Positions 26,571 to 39,657 of a stretch of 64,000 nt of DNA are shown piece after piece. The notes beneath the pieces were generated by a model, which was given only the letters and a program-made list of their open reading frames with translations, had not been told where the DNA came from and made no database searches. A program made the position numbers and the translations under genes. The stretch comes from the human T2T-CHM13v2.0 reference genome, Homo sapiens, in the NCBI RefSeq assembly GCF_009914755.1, contig NC_060931.1; one strand, 5' to 3'. Every line of letters starts with the position of its first letter. The stretch's first letter is position 1.

Positions 26571-27079
26571 TAAACATTTGTGGGCTGTTATCCATTACAG
26601 TGTCTGCTCAACAGTTATACCTTGACAAGTGTGAGATAAATGCTGAGTCCTGGCCATGTTGCTGTCCCTCATTTTTAAAAAAAAACATTTGATATTAAGT
26701 ATGGTATTTCTAATGGAAGCTTCTATTAAATGTCACACTGTAAAATTCAAAATTTGCCATTTCTCAGTTTCCTAAACTTAATAGAGCTCTTACTAAATTG
26801 TCTTTATGAGAAATGTGTCTCTTCCTATTTATCTGAAAGTAGATGAAGAGAATTTTGTATTGCTCCAGCCCTTCAGCCAAAATTAAATCAGAATAGGATG
26901 AAATTCTTAAACAACATGAGTGTGTATCTATAATACACCTTTCAAAAGGAACAAGTTCTTACCAAATTATGCTGTTGTTTTTACTGGAGTCTTAGCTTTT
27001 ATGATTTTAAAAACATCTCTAAGGCTCAAATTCTATCGTTCTTGATTTGAAATCAACCTCTTCTTTTCCTATATCGTTG

Positions 27080-27255
27080 GAAGGGTTACACAGCTATGGC
27101 CCAAAAGCCAAATTTGGCCTGTAGATATGTTTTATTTGTCCGTAGACTTTTGAAAGTTAGGTCAAGCATGTGCTCCTAGCTAGACACCACATTCAATCTT
27201 CCTATTGTCTTTTATTATGCATTTAAGCATGGCTTTGGAGTTTGTAATTCTTGAA
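27080..27255. mobile_element. hAT-Charlie MER-type fragment (MER58/MER103-like)
   Basis: ctatggcccaaaagccaaatttggcctgtagatatgttttatttg resembles Charlie MITE ends. Confidence 0.4.
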
Positions 27256-27544
27256 GTAAACATCTGGTTTTTGGCATTTTTATTTATCTCAATGGAACCA
27301 TTATCTCTTGGCTTACCCAAATTTGAAATATTGGAATCATGGAATCATTATTAATAATTTTTATGAAGTTTTTTTAATATAAAAATCACTTAAATACAAA
27401 TAGATTCTCATTATCTAAGATTTAGACAATCAAAAGTACAAAATGCTGAAAGTCCCTTTTCACTTCTGTCTACCACTTTTTTCTCATTTACATGTAATCA
27501 TTGTCATTAAGTTGGGATGTGTTCTTCCAGCTCACTTTGTAGAC

Positions 27545-27548
<4 letters not shown>

Positions 27549-27584
<36 letters not shown>
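27549..27584. repeat. (CA)n microsatellite
   Basis: Direct read. Confidence 0.95.
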
Positions 27585-27586
<2 letters not shown>

Positions 27587-27830
27587 GCTATTTTTTTGTA
27601 TAAAAAATAGGCTTGACAAATATAGTCCAACTTATTAACAATGGTTACTTCTAGATGGGGAAGAAATAGTAGAGAGGAGTGAAGGGGCTTTTCAATCTTT
27701 AGCCATTACTACCAATTCTGTATAATCATGACTTACAAACATATTTATATGAAGACTAAGTCAGCAAGACACAAAACCCAGCAGCTATAAATGAGAATAT
27801 TGATAGATTGACTATGTAAAAATATTATAC

Positions 27831-28353
27831 TGTATCAGTCAGGGTTCAACCAGAGAAGCAGAACCAGCAGGGAGAATAATTATAAATACAAATTCAAATT
27901 TAAATACACACACACACACACACACACATACACATATATATAGACAGATATAGATGCAGATAGATAGATACATGTATAGAAAGATAGAGATGTGTGTGTA
28001 CACATACAGATAGACACACACACACACACACACATATGGATTGGCTTGTGTGATTGTTGGGGCTTACTAAGAAAGTCTGAAATCAGTAGAGAAGGTCTTT
28101 AGAAAGGGAATATCATAGTGTGAAACTTCATATTCCTTTGGGAGAAGCCTCGGTCCCACTTTTAAGGCTTTTCAACTGATTTAATCGGGTTTACTCAGAT
28201 TATTTAAGATAATCTCCCTTATTTAAGGTCACTTGAGTAAGGGCTTTAATTATATCTGCAAACTACCTTCACAAGAAAACTAAGACTAGATGTTTAATTG
28301 AATAATTAGATATTGTAGCCTAGCCAAGGTAACACCTCAAAAAAGTCATCATA
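27831..28353 (-). mobile_element. MLT2 (ERVL) solo LTR, MLT2C/D-like, with internal CA/TA microsatellite
   Basis: Ends tgtatcagtcagggtt..ctagccaaggtaacac..catcata; 5-bp TSD TATAC 27826-27830 / 28354-28358. Confidence 0.88.
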
Positions 28354-29278
28354 TATACAAATTAAAAATTTACATACAGCAAAAGACACTGTGAACAGAG
28401 ATAAGCAATATGCAAGTAAAATATCTATACAATATAGGTAATAGACAAAGGATTAATATTCAGAAGTTACTGAGTTCCCCCAAATCAGCAAGAAAGACAA
28501 GAATTAGTTGATAGAAAAATGGGCAAAGGATATGCATAGGCAATTTACACACAAATTTTCATAGTCTGATGAAAAAATACAAGAGAATGCTCAAATTCAC
28601 TACTAATTAGGGAACTGAAATGTAAAGCAATAGCTAATTTTTCCTTATTATTTTAGCAAACATTTAAAATTATGGATAGCATCAAAAGCAGGCAAAAATG
28701 CAGATTAATGGGAACTCCTGCTAGGAATCTGTCCTTTCTTACTTTCTTTTTTAATCACTAAGCTCATATGTTTGATTGTTATGGTTGAGTCTCCCAACTA
28801 AATTCCGTGATTCTTTCCTCCCTATCTGAGTTCAGCTTGCATAGTACTACTAGATACATCTTAATCCTCTCTCTCTTTTTCCCTTACATACACACAGACA
28901 ATGCCTTAACATTATTTGTAATAGCCTCAGCCTGGAAACCACTAACTGTCTAACAACTATAGCATGGATAAATAACTTGTGATATATTCATGCAACAGAT
29001 TATTTATAATAAAGAAATTGACTATGAACTACAAGAATCAGCATGGATGACTCCTCAAAAATACTGTTGGGTAAAGAAGCAAAACAACAAAGAAAACATC
29101 AAGCATGATTGTATCTGAACAAAGTTCAAAAACGGCAAAACTAAACTATCTTATTTAGCAATGCATACCTAGGTGGTAAAAACAAAGTAAAACAAAGAAA
29201 TGGTTATTCCAAATATTTGGGTAGCAATTACCTTATGGTTTGGGAATGGTGGATGCGGAGGGAGAAAGTTGTGATTTG

Positions 29279-29344
29279 GAAGTTAAACTCAGGAGATTTC
29301 GAAGTTAAACTCAGGAGATTTCAAAGTTAAACTCAGGAGATTTC
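29279..29344. repeat. 3 x 22-bp tandem repeat
   Basis: (g/a)aagttaaactcaggagatttc three times, one mismatch. Confidence 0.95.
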
Positions 29345-30099
29345 TGGGGTGCTTTCGATCTTAGACTTCTTGACCTTGATGGCAATGACATGTTAAACAG
29401 AACATACATGTTTTACGTTTTCACTCTATTTGGTTATAGTTGATAATTTTTTAAATTTAAAAATACCACAAGGGAACTTCCTGAGGTGCTGGTAGCTATT
29501 TCTTGACATGAATGGTGATTGCATAACGTGTGATTTAAAAAATTAAATTTACTTAAAATTTCCACACTTTTCTCTTTGTTCTATTTGGCTAAAAAATTGT
29601 AAAAATAAAGTAGATAAAAAACCTTTATGAATTACTCCCTCCCTACAGAATAAAGATCAGATCCCTAACCTTTCAAAGTCCTCCATATATTGACTACCAC
29701 AACCTTTCTAATCCTAACTCCCACTACTGCCTTCATAGAAACCAATAATAATAATGATAGCCCAAAACAAAAGTAAAAAACCCCAAAAAACCCCAACCTT
29801 CAAAACTGCAAACAAAATTAAAAAGTCCACAAATACACTAATTTTACTAAATTTCCTTTAACAAAAAACTTGACCTTGCCTCTTTTTATTCTTTATTTGA
29901 AGGATTTTGAATTGCCTACCACATGTTTTCCTAAGATGAATCAGAGCAGGATGACATGCTTGTTTAGTCTTTGATGATAATGAATATGTATTTACACGAT
30001 TGTCAGAAAGAACACATTTCTCCCAAGTTGTTACCTAACTGGTATTGTGTGTTTAAGAATTTTCTTTCTGATTTAAACCAGCTAAAGCCAGTTTTTTAA

Positions 30100-30104
<5 letters not shown>

Positions 30105-30156
<52 letters not shown>
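30105..30156. repeat. (AT)26 microsatellite
   Basis: Direct read, uninterrupted. Confidence 0.97.
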
Positions 30157-30160
<4 letters not shown>

Positions 30161-30789
30161 TTAGATATTGGTTTGTGCCCAAGAAAACACAGGGAAAACT
30201 AAATAACCCAAATCAAGCCCTGAGTATTCATGTGCAGACTATCAGCTTCACACTTAGTCATAGTCAACTTCACACCTAAATGCCATTGAAAAGAAGCAGG
30301 GCCAAATGTTCCTGGAAAATGGGACTCTTAGGTTCACAGACGTTTGCTGAAAATACCTGAGCCCCATGCTTTGGGGAGATTTCACTAAGAAGATTGATAT
30401 GCAGCTTCCAGGGGAAAGAATGAAGGAGGGGCAGGATGTGGTCTTGGTGAATCAGAAGCGGCCCTCCTTCCCCACCCCTCTTCTGAGTCAGCATGCAGCC
30501 ACATGGCCCCACATGGTGCAGTTCTGGTTCTCGGATGAGCTGTCATATGGGGTCCTCCCTGTCTGCCTTTATTAAAGCACTTGGTGATTTCCAGCAGCCC
30601 TATTTGTCATATAAATAGTTTTGTTCTGTCTATAAATTAGTCAAGCAATTCATTTTTGAATCTTTCTGATAGTGACACAGTGACATGAAGTGTTGTTGGG
30701 TTTGCTTGTTGTTGGATTTGCTTGCCTCATTTGGTCCTTTAAATGGTAAAGTAACATCACCCGTTTGTAGACAGCCTCGCAAAAATTTG

Positions 30790-31480
30790 AGCCTTTGGTT
30801 TTGGAACCAAGTCAGCTGGGTTCAAATTCCCACTTGCCACCTTCCAAACCTGGGATTTTTTAAGTGCATATATTCCTTTTTGCCTTAGGGCATGAAACAT
30901 GTGCTCAGCACTTGGTTGCTGCAGTGGGAACTGAGAGTCATTCTTGCTGGTCGTGCTGGTGGCAGAAGTTATGGCAAGCTCCCACAGAGCAGTGGCAGAC
31001 TTGCCAGTGCCCGTGTCTGGGCTCCAGGTCTGGCAGTGTGGCAGAGTGGGCCACACTCACCAGTGCTGGGCAATAAGACAGTGTTTTCACATTGGACCAG
31101 CTCCATTACTTGATCTGGGGTATTGTTCATGGCTACAGAGTCCTCACATTGGCAGTCCTGGCAACTCTGGGAGTTCTGCAATGCCCTTTTAAGCACATTC
31201 CCTTTTGCTTAAACGAAAGTTGGTCTCTTTTAATTGTAATGAAAGATATTGACTGATATAGTGACCTTGTGAAAATTTACTTTCTCATCTATAGAGTAGC
31301 TTAATAATAGCCATCTCTAAGGGTTATTGGGAGATTTCAATATATTAATGCATGATTTGCATTAATCCACACTAACTATTTAGTCCACACTATTATCCAC
31401 CCTAACTATATTCATCCACAATAACTATTTAGTCAGTGTGGTGTCTGGCACTAAAATATTAGTTATTAATTATTAATAAT
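30790..31480 (+). mobile_element. MIR SINE split by an LTR
   Basis: ctgggttcaaattcccacttgccac, resuming gtgaccttg..ctcatctata..aataatag..gggttattgggagattt after 31260. Confidence 0.65.
30850..31260 (+). mobile_element. LTR33-like (ERVL) solo LTR
   Basis: gggcatgaaacatgtgctcagc near the start; 3' end ttcccttttgcttaa..gttggtctc..tgactgatata. Confidence 0.6.
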
Positions 31481-32014
31481 GTGCTGGGCACAGGAAGAGC
31501 ATTGGACTGTCTGTAATGAGAGTGCGTCTTTTTATCAGGAGGGCCTCACTGTTTTAGGGTTAGGAATGATAGGATTAAAAGTAATTTGGGAATTTTTATG
31601 ACTCATGACTTTATGGTTGGTTGATTTAGGCAACGATATAGCTTTTGTTTCACTTATTAAATTTAAATTTAATTTATGGACTTGTAAGGGCATAAATTTA
31701 ATTTTACAGCTTGATTTTGACACAAAGCAAGATACTGAACATTAACACCACCACAGAGGCCTACTATGTGCTCCTGTCCCTGTTGTTACTTCCTCCAAAG
31801 GTAACCACGGCACAGATTCCTATTACTATAAATTAATGTTGCCTGTTTTTGAATTTTATTTGAATGAGATTACATAGTATATACTCTTTTGTTGCTAAAT
31901 GTTATACCTTTGAGGTTCATTAATGTTTTTATAGATAGATATAGTTTTCTTCATTGCTAAATTGTATTCCATTATACATATATACTACAATTTATCTATT
32001 CTATTGTTAATGGG

Positions 32015-32394
32015 TAATATAGTTTGGCTCTGTGTCCCTACCAAAATCTCATGTCAAATTGTATCCCCAGTGTTGGAGGAGGGGCCTTGTGGAAGGTGAT
32101 TGAATCACGGGGACGGACTTTCCTGTTGCTGCTCTTGTGATGGATTTCTCACAAGATCTGGTTGTTTGAAAGTGTGTAGCACCTGCCACTTCACTCCCTC
32201 TCTCTCCTCCTGGCCATGTGAAGACTGTGCCTGCTTCCTCTTTGTCTTCCACCATGATTGTAAGTTTCCTGAGGTCTCCCCAGGAGCAGAAGCCTATACA
32301 TCCTGCAGAACTGCAAGCTAATTAAATCTGTTTTCTTTATAAATTACCCAGTCCCAGGTATGTCTTTGTAGCAGTGTGAGAATGGACTAATACA
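32015..32394 (+). mobile_element. MSTA-like MaLR solo LTR
   Basis: atagtttggctctgtgtcc..aaatctcatgtcaaattg..gtgagaatggactaataca; TSD ATGGG 32010-32014 / 32395-32399. Confidence 0.92.
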
Positions 32395-33027
32395 ATGGGC
32401 ATTTGGGTTGCTTCTAGTTTGGTGCTATGGAGAATAATGTGCTAGGAATATTCTCATTCTCATAACTATCATTTTGTGCACATATGTATGCATTTCATTT
32501 AATTTTATACCTGCAGATTGAATTTCTGAATCATACGGTGCACATATGCTCAGCTTTACTGGTAACAAAATTTCCAAAGTAGTTTTTACCAATTTACACC
32601 CTCAAAGCATCCTATGAGTTTCTGTTGCTCTATATCCTCATCAATACTTGGTATTGTCAATCTTTTTAATTTTAGCCATTCTACGGTGTGTGTAGAGATA
32701 GCCTATGTTGTTTTCAATTTGCATTTTCTGGATAACTAGTAATGTTGAGTACCTATTCATGTTCATCGGTCATTTGGATATCTCTTGTAAAAAGCTGTTC
32801 AAGTTTTTTTCCCATTTAGAAAAAAATTGAGCCTGTGTTTTTTATAAATTTATAAGAGATACTTACATAGTCTAGATATGAATTGTTTGTGTGATTTAAA
32901 TATGTCAGATATCTTCTTCCACTTTGCATCTTGCCTTTTCACTCTCTTAATGGTGTCTTTTGATGAGTAGAAGCTTTAAATTTTAATAAGTCCAAATGAT
33001 CAACAATTTTATTATGTTAGTGCATTT

Positions 33028-33742
33028 TATTTTAATTAATAGACTTTATTTTTAATGCAATTTTAGTTTTACAGAAAAATTGAGCCAAAGAACAGAGATT
33101 CCCATACACTCCCTGCTCTTCCAGTTTCCCTATTAATTTATGTCTTGCATTGATATGATACATTTGTTACAGTTGATGAACTGATATTGATACATTGTTA
33201 TTAACATAAAGTCCATCTCATATGTTTATAAATATCCTATTGCTTCTGTTTGTCTGGAAAGCCCTGATTAATACACCTTGGCAACCACTAATCTTTTTAC
33301 TGTCTCTATAGTTTTGTCTTTTCCAAAATGACATTTGTTGGAGATATACATATGTAGCCTTTCAAACTGGCGTCTTTCACTTGGCAATATGCATTGAAGG
33401 TTCCTCTATATCTGTTTGTGGGTCATTTTTTTCTTATTGCTTAATAGTATTAATATTACATTGTAGGGATGTACCACAGTTTGCTAATTTCATTTATCTA
33501 TTGAAAGACATCTTGGTTGCATTCAATTTTAGGCAATTATTAATAAAGTTCCTGCAAACATTCATGTCAAATTTTTGTGTGGACATAAGTTTTTAAGTCA
33601 TTTGGGCAAATACATAGGAGTATGATTGCTGGATCATAAGGCGAGACAAGGTTTAGCATTGTCATAAAATTCCATTTGTCTTCCAAAGTGGCTGTACTAT
33701 TTTACAATCCTACCAGCAACGAATAAGAGTTCTGGATGGATA

Positions 33743-33785
<43 letters not shown>

Positions 33786-34300
33786 TCTATATATGTATAT
33801 ATGTATATGTGTGTCTGTGTGTGTATATACGTGTGTGTATGTAAAACTTGACCCCTACTTCACATCAGATATAAAAATCAATTTCAGAAGGATTGAAAGA
33901 TAAATCAATACAAGTTCTAGAATATAACATAAGAGAAGATTCTGTTTTTAATTTCCTTTAAAGCATTAACTTAAGAGAGTAAAAAAAAACAAGTCACAGA
34001 CTGAGGGGAAATATTTGTAAAACACGTACCAGATAAAGGTCTTGAATCCAAAATATACAAAGACATCTTAAAACTCAACAGTAAGAAAACAAACAACCCA
34101 ATTATAAAGTGGGCAAAAGACCTGAACGAACACCTCACCAAAGAAGATATACAGACAGCAAATGGCATATCAACATATGTCCAACATCATATGCCGTTAG
34201 AGAATTTCAAATTACAACAAGATAATACCACACATCTATTAGAATCATTAAAATCCAAAACACTGAAATACCAAATGCTGATGAGAATGTGGAACAATCA
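33028..34300 (-). mobile_element. L1MC-type 3' fragment; its 5' portion (33971-34300) now lies inverted on +
   Basis: aatagactttattttt..ttacagaaaaattgagc..agattcccatacactcc (L1MC 3'UTR); the continuation is found as reverse complement. Confidence 0.75.
33743..33842. repeat. (TG)n/(TA)n compound microsatellite
   Basis: Direct read. Confidence 0.9.
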
Positions 34301-34641
34301 ATCCAGCATAATTTATTTAAAAGACCATCCTTTTTCCACTCCATCATAGTAACAGTGTTGTTGAAAATCAGGTAACTGTATACAAGGACTATTTCTGGAC
34401 TCAATTCTATCCTCTTGGTCTGTTTATTTTTCCTGGTGCCAATATCACTCTTTTGGTTACTGTAGCTTTAAAATAAACTTTGATAGCTGTAAGCTAATCT
34501 TCTTCACAATTCTCTTGGCTATTTTTGATCCTTTGCATTTCCATATAAAGCTTAGAAACAGTTTGCCAATTTCCACACACACAGACAGATACACAGAAAA
34601 CATCCTGAGAACTTGATTGTAAATGTTTTGAATCTATAGAT

Positions 34642-35312
<671 letters not shown>

Positions 35313-36196
35313 TGTTTGGTACTTTAAAAATGGGTTTTAATTCCCTGGTGAATTTTTAAAATCTTCTTATTTATGTTTTTTCAAAATATCAGTTACAGTT
35401 ATTTTAGAGTCAGTGTCTTATAACTCCAATGTCTGTATCACCTATGGTTCTGTTTTTCATTGTCTATTTTTTCTCTTTATTTTTGTTTGTTTGGCCCCGT
35501 TTCCTAGTATACTTAGTAAGTTTTTACTGATTACAAGAAATTTATTGAAAAAATTAGTCTCTGAATGATGTAAGCTTTTCCAGAAAAGATTTAGTTTTTT
35601 TCTCCTGGAGGGCAGATAGAGTACATGCAGAACACTTTAATCTGGTTAAGCCTTTTCTATTTCTGCATTATTCTTACTCCTAGGGTATATCCCTTTCAGG
35701 GCCGTAATTGAAAGCCTGAAGTGTTTACTAGTGCCTCTTTTACTTGGTGGTTCCTGAATTCCAATTTTTGTTTCCTTGGTACCATGAGATTGCCTAAATA
35801 TCTGCTTAGCTTTTTAGCTTCTTAGCAGCTGCTTTCTGTCTAGTTGCTGCCATCTTGCCCCATATGTGCTCATCTTAGAAATCAGGAAATGCTTCATAGG
35901 AAAATTTGCATGCAGAATGTTGGGCTTACTTCTCTCTGTAACTCCCTTTTCTTCTGGATCTGGATCCTTATAGTCTGGGCTTTCATTTCTCTTGTATGTG
36001 CAGCAAATACATTAAAAGTAAGAATAAAGTTTATTACAGAAATCAAATATGTCTTAATATTAGGAAATGTATTAATATGGTTCATCAAAATGTTTTAAAA
36101 ATCAACAATCCTTTTTAATTGTAAATGTTTTTCTTAGTAAACTATAGCTTGATGACTGCTTTATCAACAGGACTTAAAAAAATCTAGTTATCTATC

Positions 36197-36407
36197 CAAG
36201 GGATTGGCAAATATGGCATATGGGTAAGTCGCATGTTTTTGTAAATAAAGTTTTATTGGAACACTGACATGACAATTTATTTATGACATCTGTGGCTACA
36301 TCTATGCTACAATGGCAGAGCTGAGTAGTTGTAACAGAGGTTGGGTCATGGCCTAAATCCTAAAATATTTACTCTTTGACCCTTTAAGCAGATGTTTGCC
36401 AATCCTT
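36197..36407. mobile_element. MER58A (hAT-Charlie MITE)
   Basis: caagggattggcaaa..gtaaataaagttttattggaacac..tttgccaatcctt; 8-bp TSD TATCTATC 36189-36196 / 36408-36415. Confidence 0.9.
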
Positions 36408-36510
36408 TATCTATCTTATCTTAGGCAGTTTCCTCATCTGTAAACTGGGGATAACATAACCTTACTTCACTGGGTAATAAAATTTATATCATTATATATA
36501 TTTGTGTATA

Positions 36511-37472
36511 CAGTTGACCCTTGAGCAACACAAGCTTGAACTGCACAGGTTTCACTTACTATGCAGATTTTTCTCCATATATATTTTGGAAAATGCTTTG
36601 GAGATTTGCAACAATTTGAAAAAACAGATGAACTGTGTGAATTAAGAAAAAGTTAGATATGTTATGAATGCACATAATATGTGTAGACAATAATCTGTTT
36701 TACCATTTACTATCATAAAATATGCACGACTCTATCATAAAAAGTTAAATATTATCAAAATTTACATACACACTTATAGACCAAATATGGCACCATTTGT
36801 GGCGGAGAGAAATGTAAACAAATGTAAAGATGCAATTTTAAACAATAATTGCATAAAACTAATTGTAGTACATATTATAGTACCATAATAAGTTTATAGC
36901 CACCTCCTGTTGCTATTGTAGTGAGCTCAAGCGTTGTATCTGCTTAAAATGCTATGTGATGCTAATCATCTCCGTGTGAGTAGTTTGTCTCTCCAGTAAA
37001 TTGCGTATAGCAGTAAAAAGTGGTCTCTTGTGATTCTTGTGTATTTTTCATTATGCTTAGTGCCATACTGTAAATCTTGAATAACATTATGGGACCCATA
37101 CAAAGTGCCACTGGTGATGCTGGAAGTGCTCCCGAGAAGCATAGAATAGTCATGATATTACAAGAAAAAGTTGACTTTCAGACAGATGATTCATCCTGTA
37201 AACAGACCATGTGAATTTATGGTATTGATAAATACAATATAGCACTGTAAATGTATTTTCTCTTCCTTATTATTTTCTTAATAACATTTTCCTTTTTTCT
37301 AGCTTATTTTATTGTAAGAATACAATATATAATATACATAACATACAAAATATGTGTTAATTTACTGTTAGCCTGCTACGGTAGGCTATTAATAGTTAAG
37401 TTTTTGGAGAATCAAAACATATATGTGTGAGGGGTTGGCACCCCGACCTCTGCATTGTTCAAGGGTCAACTG
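36511..37472. mobile_element. Tigger2-family (Tigger2b-like) internal-deletion DNA transposon
   Basis: TIRs cagttgacccttgagcaa / ttgttcaagggtcaactg, TA on both sides. Confidence 0.92.
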
Positions 37473-38594
37473 TATATCTAGATGGGTGTGTATACAACTG
37501 TATATCTATATATCTCTATGTGTGTGTATACATACACGTAATATTTTTACTCTTAATATTAACATTGAGAGAGTCAAAAAGAGGGGACAAGTGATGGTTC
37601 TTACATTTCATTCTGTTCTATTCAAAAGTTTTACAGGTAGGCTGGGTTGATGAAAGGTATGATTATAGTTAGGAGAAATTAGAAAGTAACCTAATAATCT
37701 CATAAACACAAGGACCACAACTGGGCTCCTTTGACAGTAGAAACATACCACAATACACAGAAAGATAGTTTTCCTTAGCTTTGATCAAGAAAAAAGAAAT
37801 CTCTAGACCAACAGAATTAGAGGAAATGTTGATCAATTACTTGGCTCAGTCTGTTGCTTTAGATGAGGGTGTGTTTATAAATTACCTAGGCCATAGCTTA
37901 ACTTTCAAAGATCTTCTGAGACTTTTTTTTCGGTCTTATTCCAACATTTTTTTCCTTTTTTGACATCATTAAATTCTTCCTAGTGTCTCATCAAAATATC
38001 TCTAGAATTGCATTTATCTTATTTTGTTCTTCTTTTTCACTCTTTTGAGTACATGGAGAACAAATGATCAGTGACTCTAAAATCCTTCAGTTACTTCATG
38101 AAAATCATCAAGCCTCACTTGAGTCAGCTGTAGAATGAGCACTCCTTTCTTCACAAGACCTGCTCTGTTCTTTTAGCTTTTTAATCAATGACAGTGAGGA
38201 GGTAATCCATGGAGAGCATTAAATGAAAATCCAACTGTTGCAGCAAATATTTAAATTGATTAGAAGGAGCATAGGACATGAAGGGAACTAATATATATTG
38301 GGTGTCTATATCAGAAGCTATACTAGCCCTTTAACCACATTAAGGCAGTAATTCAAATAATACTGCTATCAACTCTATAAACTAGGTGATATCACTGATA
38401 TTTTATAGTTGAAGCTAGGAGACGTTAACTAAGATATCTACAATGAGTTGCAAAAATTTCTGAGGAATGTATAAGTAGGTAATTTGTAAGTAGTTGTAAG
38501 TAGTTAATGCCACTTGCAAGTTGTAGTTAACTCTTTTGTAATCAGTCTGATGGTACAGCCATTTCTATTATTTCTCCAAGAATATAACACAGGC

Positions 38595-38830
38595 AGAGTA
38601 GCTGAGAGCTTAAGAGTTTAGGCTTTGATCTGGGTTCAAATCTGTGCCCTACCACTTTCTATCTATATAATGGGAAATGGATTTAATATTCCCAAGCTAC
38701 AGTTTTCTCATAAAATAATAATAAGAATACCTTATAGGGTTGTTGTGAGGATTATATGAGATAACACATATAAAATCATAGCATATTTCCATGTAAGGGC
38801 ACAATACATAGTGGTTTTTATTAATATTAT
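38595..38830 (+). mobile_element. MIR SINE
   Basis: ctgggttcaaatctgtgccctaccact..cagttttctcat..ataagaataccttatagggttgttgtgaggatta. Confidence 0.75.
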
Positions 38831-39657
38831 TGCAGGTGAGTGGTAGAGCCAAGATTTTTTGGACTCATTTGTCTTAGTATCTTACAGGGCTTAGAGTAGT
38901 ATATAGTCTTCAGAAGAGAGAGTTGTCACACAGCACAGAGAAAGTGTTAACAAAGAATATTTAGGAATAGTTAAGCAAGTAAAGGGTCTTCTTAGGCCTA
39001 GAGAATGGCAATATTGACAACATATGTACCTAAAAGTATGAAAGGAAAATATCAGAGTTTGATATTTTTGGTGGTTTGCTTCAAAAATACCAATAAATAA
39101 ATTGCAATGCAGTGAGAGATTATTTTTTAATCTGATGACAGTGCATGACTTCAATTGGGTCAGAGAAAACTAGATGTTCAGATTGGAGGCTGAGGCTTGG
39201 ATGAGAGGGGATAAAGTCCTGCTCCAGGGTGGCAAAGGTAACAAAAGAAAGGCATAGATTTCAGAGACATCATGAAAGAAGATGCAGGCTCAACAAAGTA
39301 TCCTGAGTATCTACCATGGGATAGGTGTCATGCTAGGAGCCTGTGTGGTTTTCTCATTGATTTGAAGGTGACAAACTGAGGCTCTGAGAGACTAAGTGAT
39401 TTTCTTAGCGTCACAGAACTAATAACAGATTTAACGTGGGGTTCTAATTCCAAGGCCAGCTTTGATTTTTAAATATACCTCAACTACCTCTCTTGGAGTC
39501 AATGACAAATTGGACGTGGAAGAAAGATGAGGGGGGAAGCAAGATAATTGAGAGCATAATAATACCATGAGAAGTCAAGAAGTGAACATGCACTAGCATG
39601 CATATATATACATGCACACACACACACATACACACACATACACTGTCCCATCCTCCC

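Larger units (their letters stand above)
27760..29600 (+). mobile_element. Ancient L1ME/L1MC fragments, interrupted by MLT2 and probable L2 pieces
   Basis: gacaaaggattaatattcag..aaatgggcaaaggatatgcataggcaatttacac; L1ME-like 3'UTR ~28900-29600. Confidence 0.65.
31560..34640 (-). mobile_element. Ancient L1ME/L1MC host, interrupted by MSTA and an L1MC, partly inverted
   Basis: Collinear old L1 3' sequence on the - strand at 31560-32014, 32395-33027 and 34300-34640. Confidence 0.7.

Noticed and set aside
29279-29344. CRISPR-like direct repeats
   Set aside because: Head-to-tail units with no spacers, in a primate genomic context
30685-31196. Cluster of overlapping short ORFs
   Set aside because: GC-richer LTR/MIR sequence; no recognisable domain or splice structure
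33733-34300. Twin-priming L1 inversion
   Set aside because: The inverted block includes host sequence beyond the L1MC 5' junction
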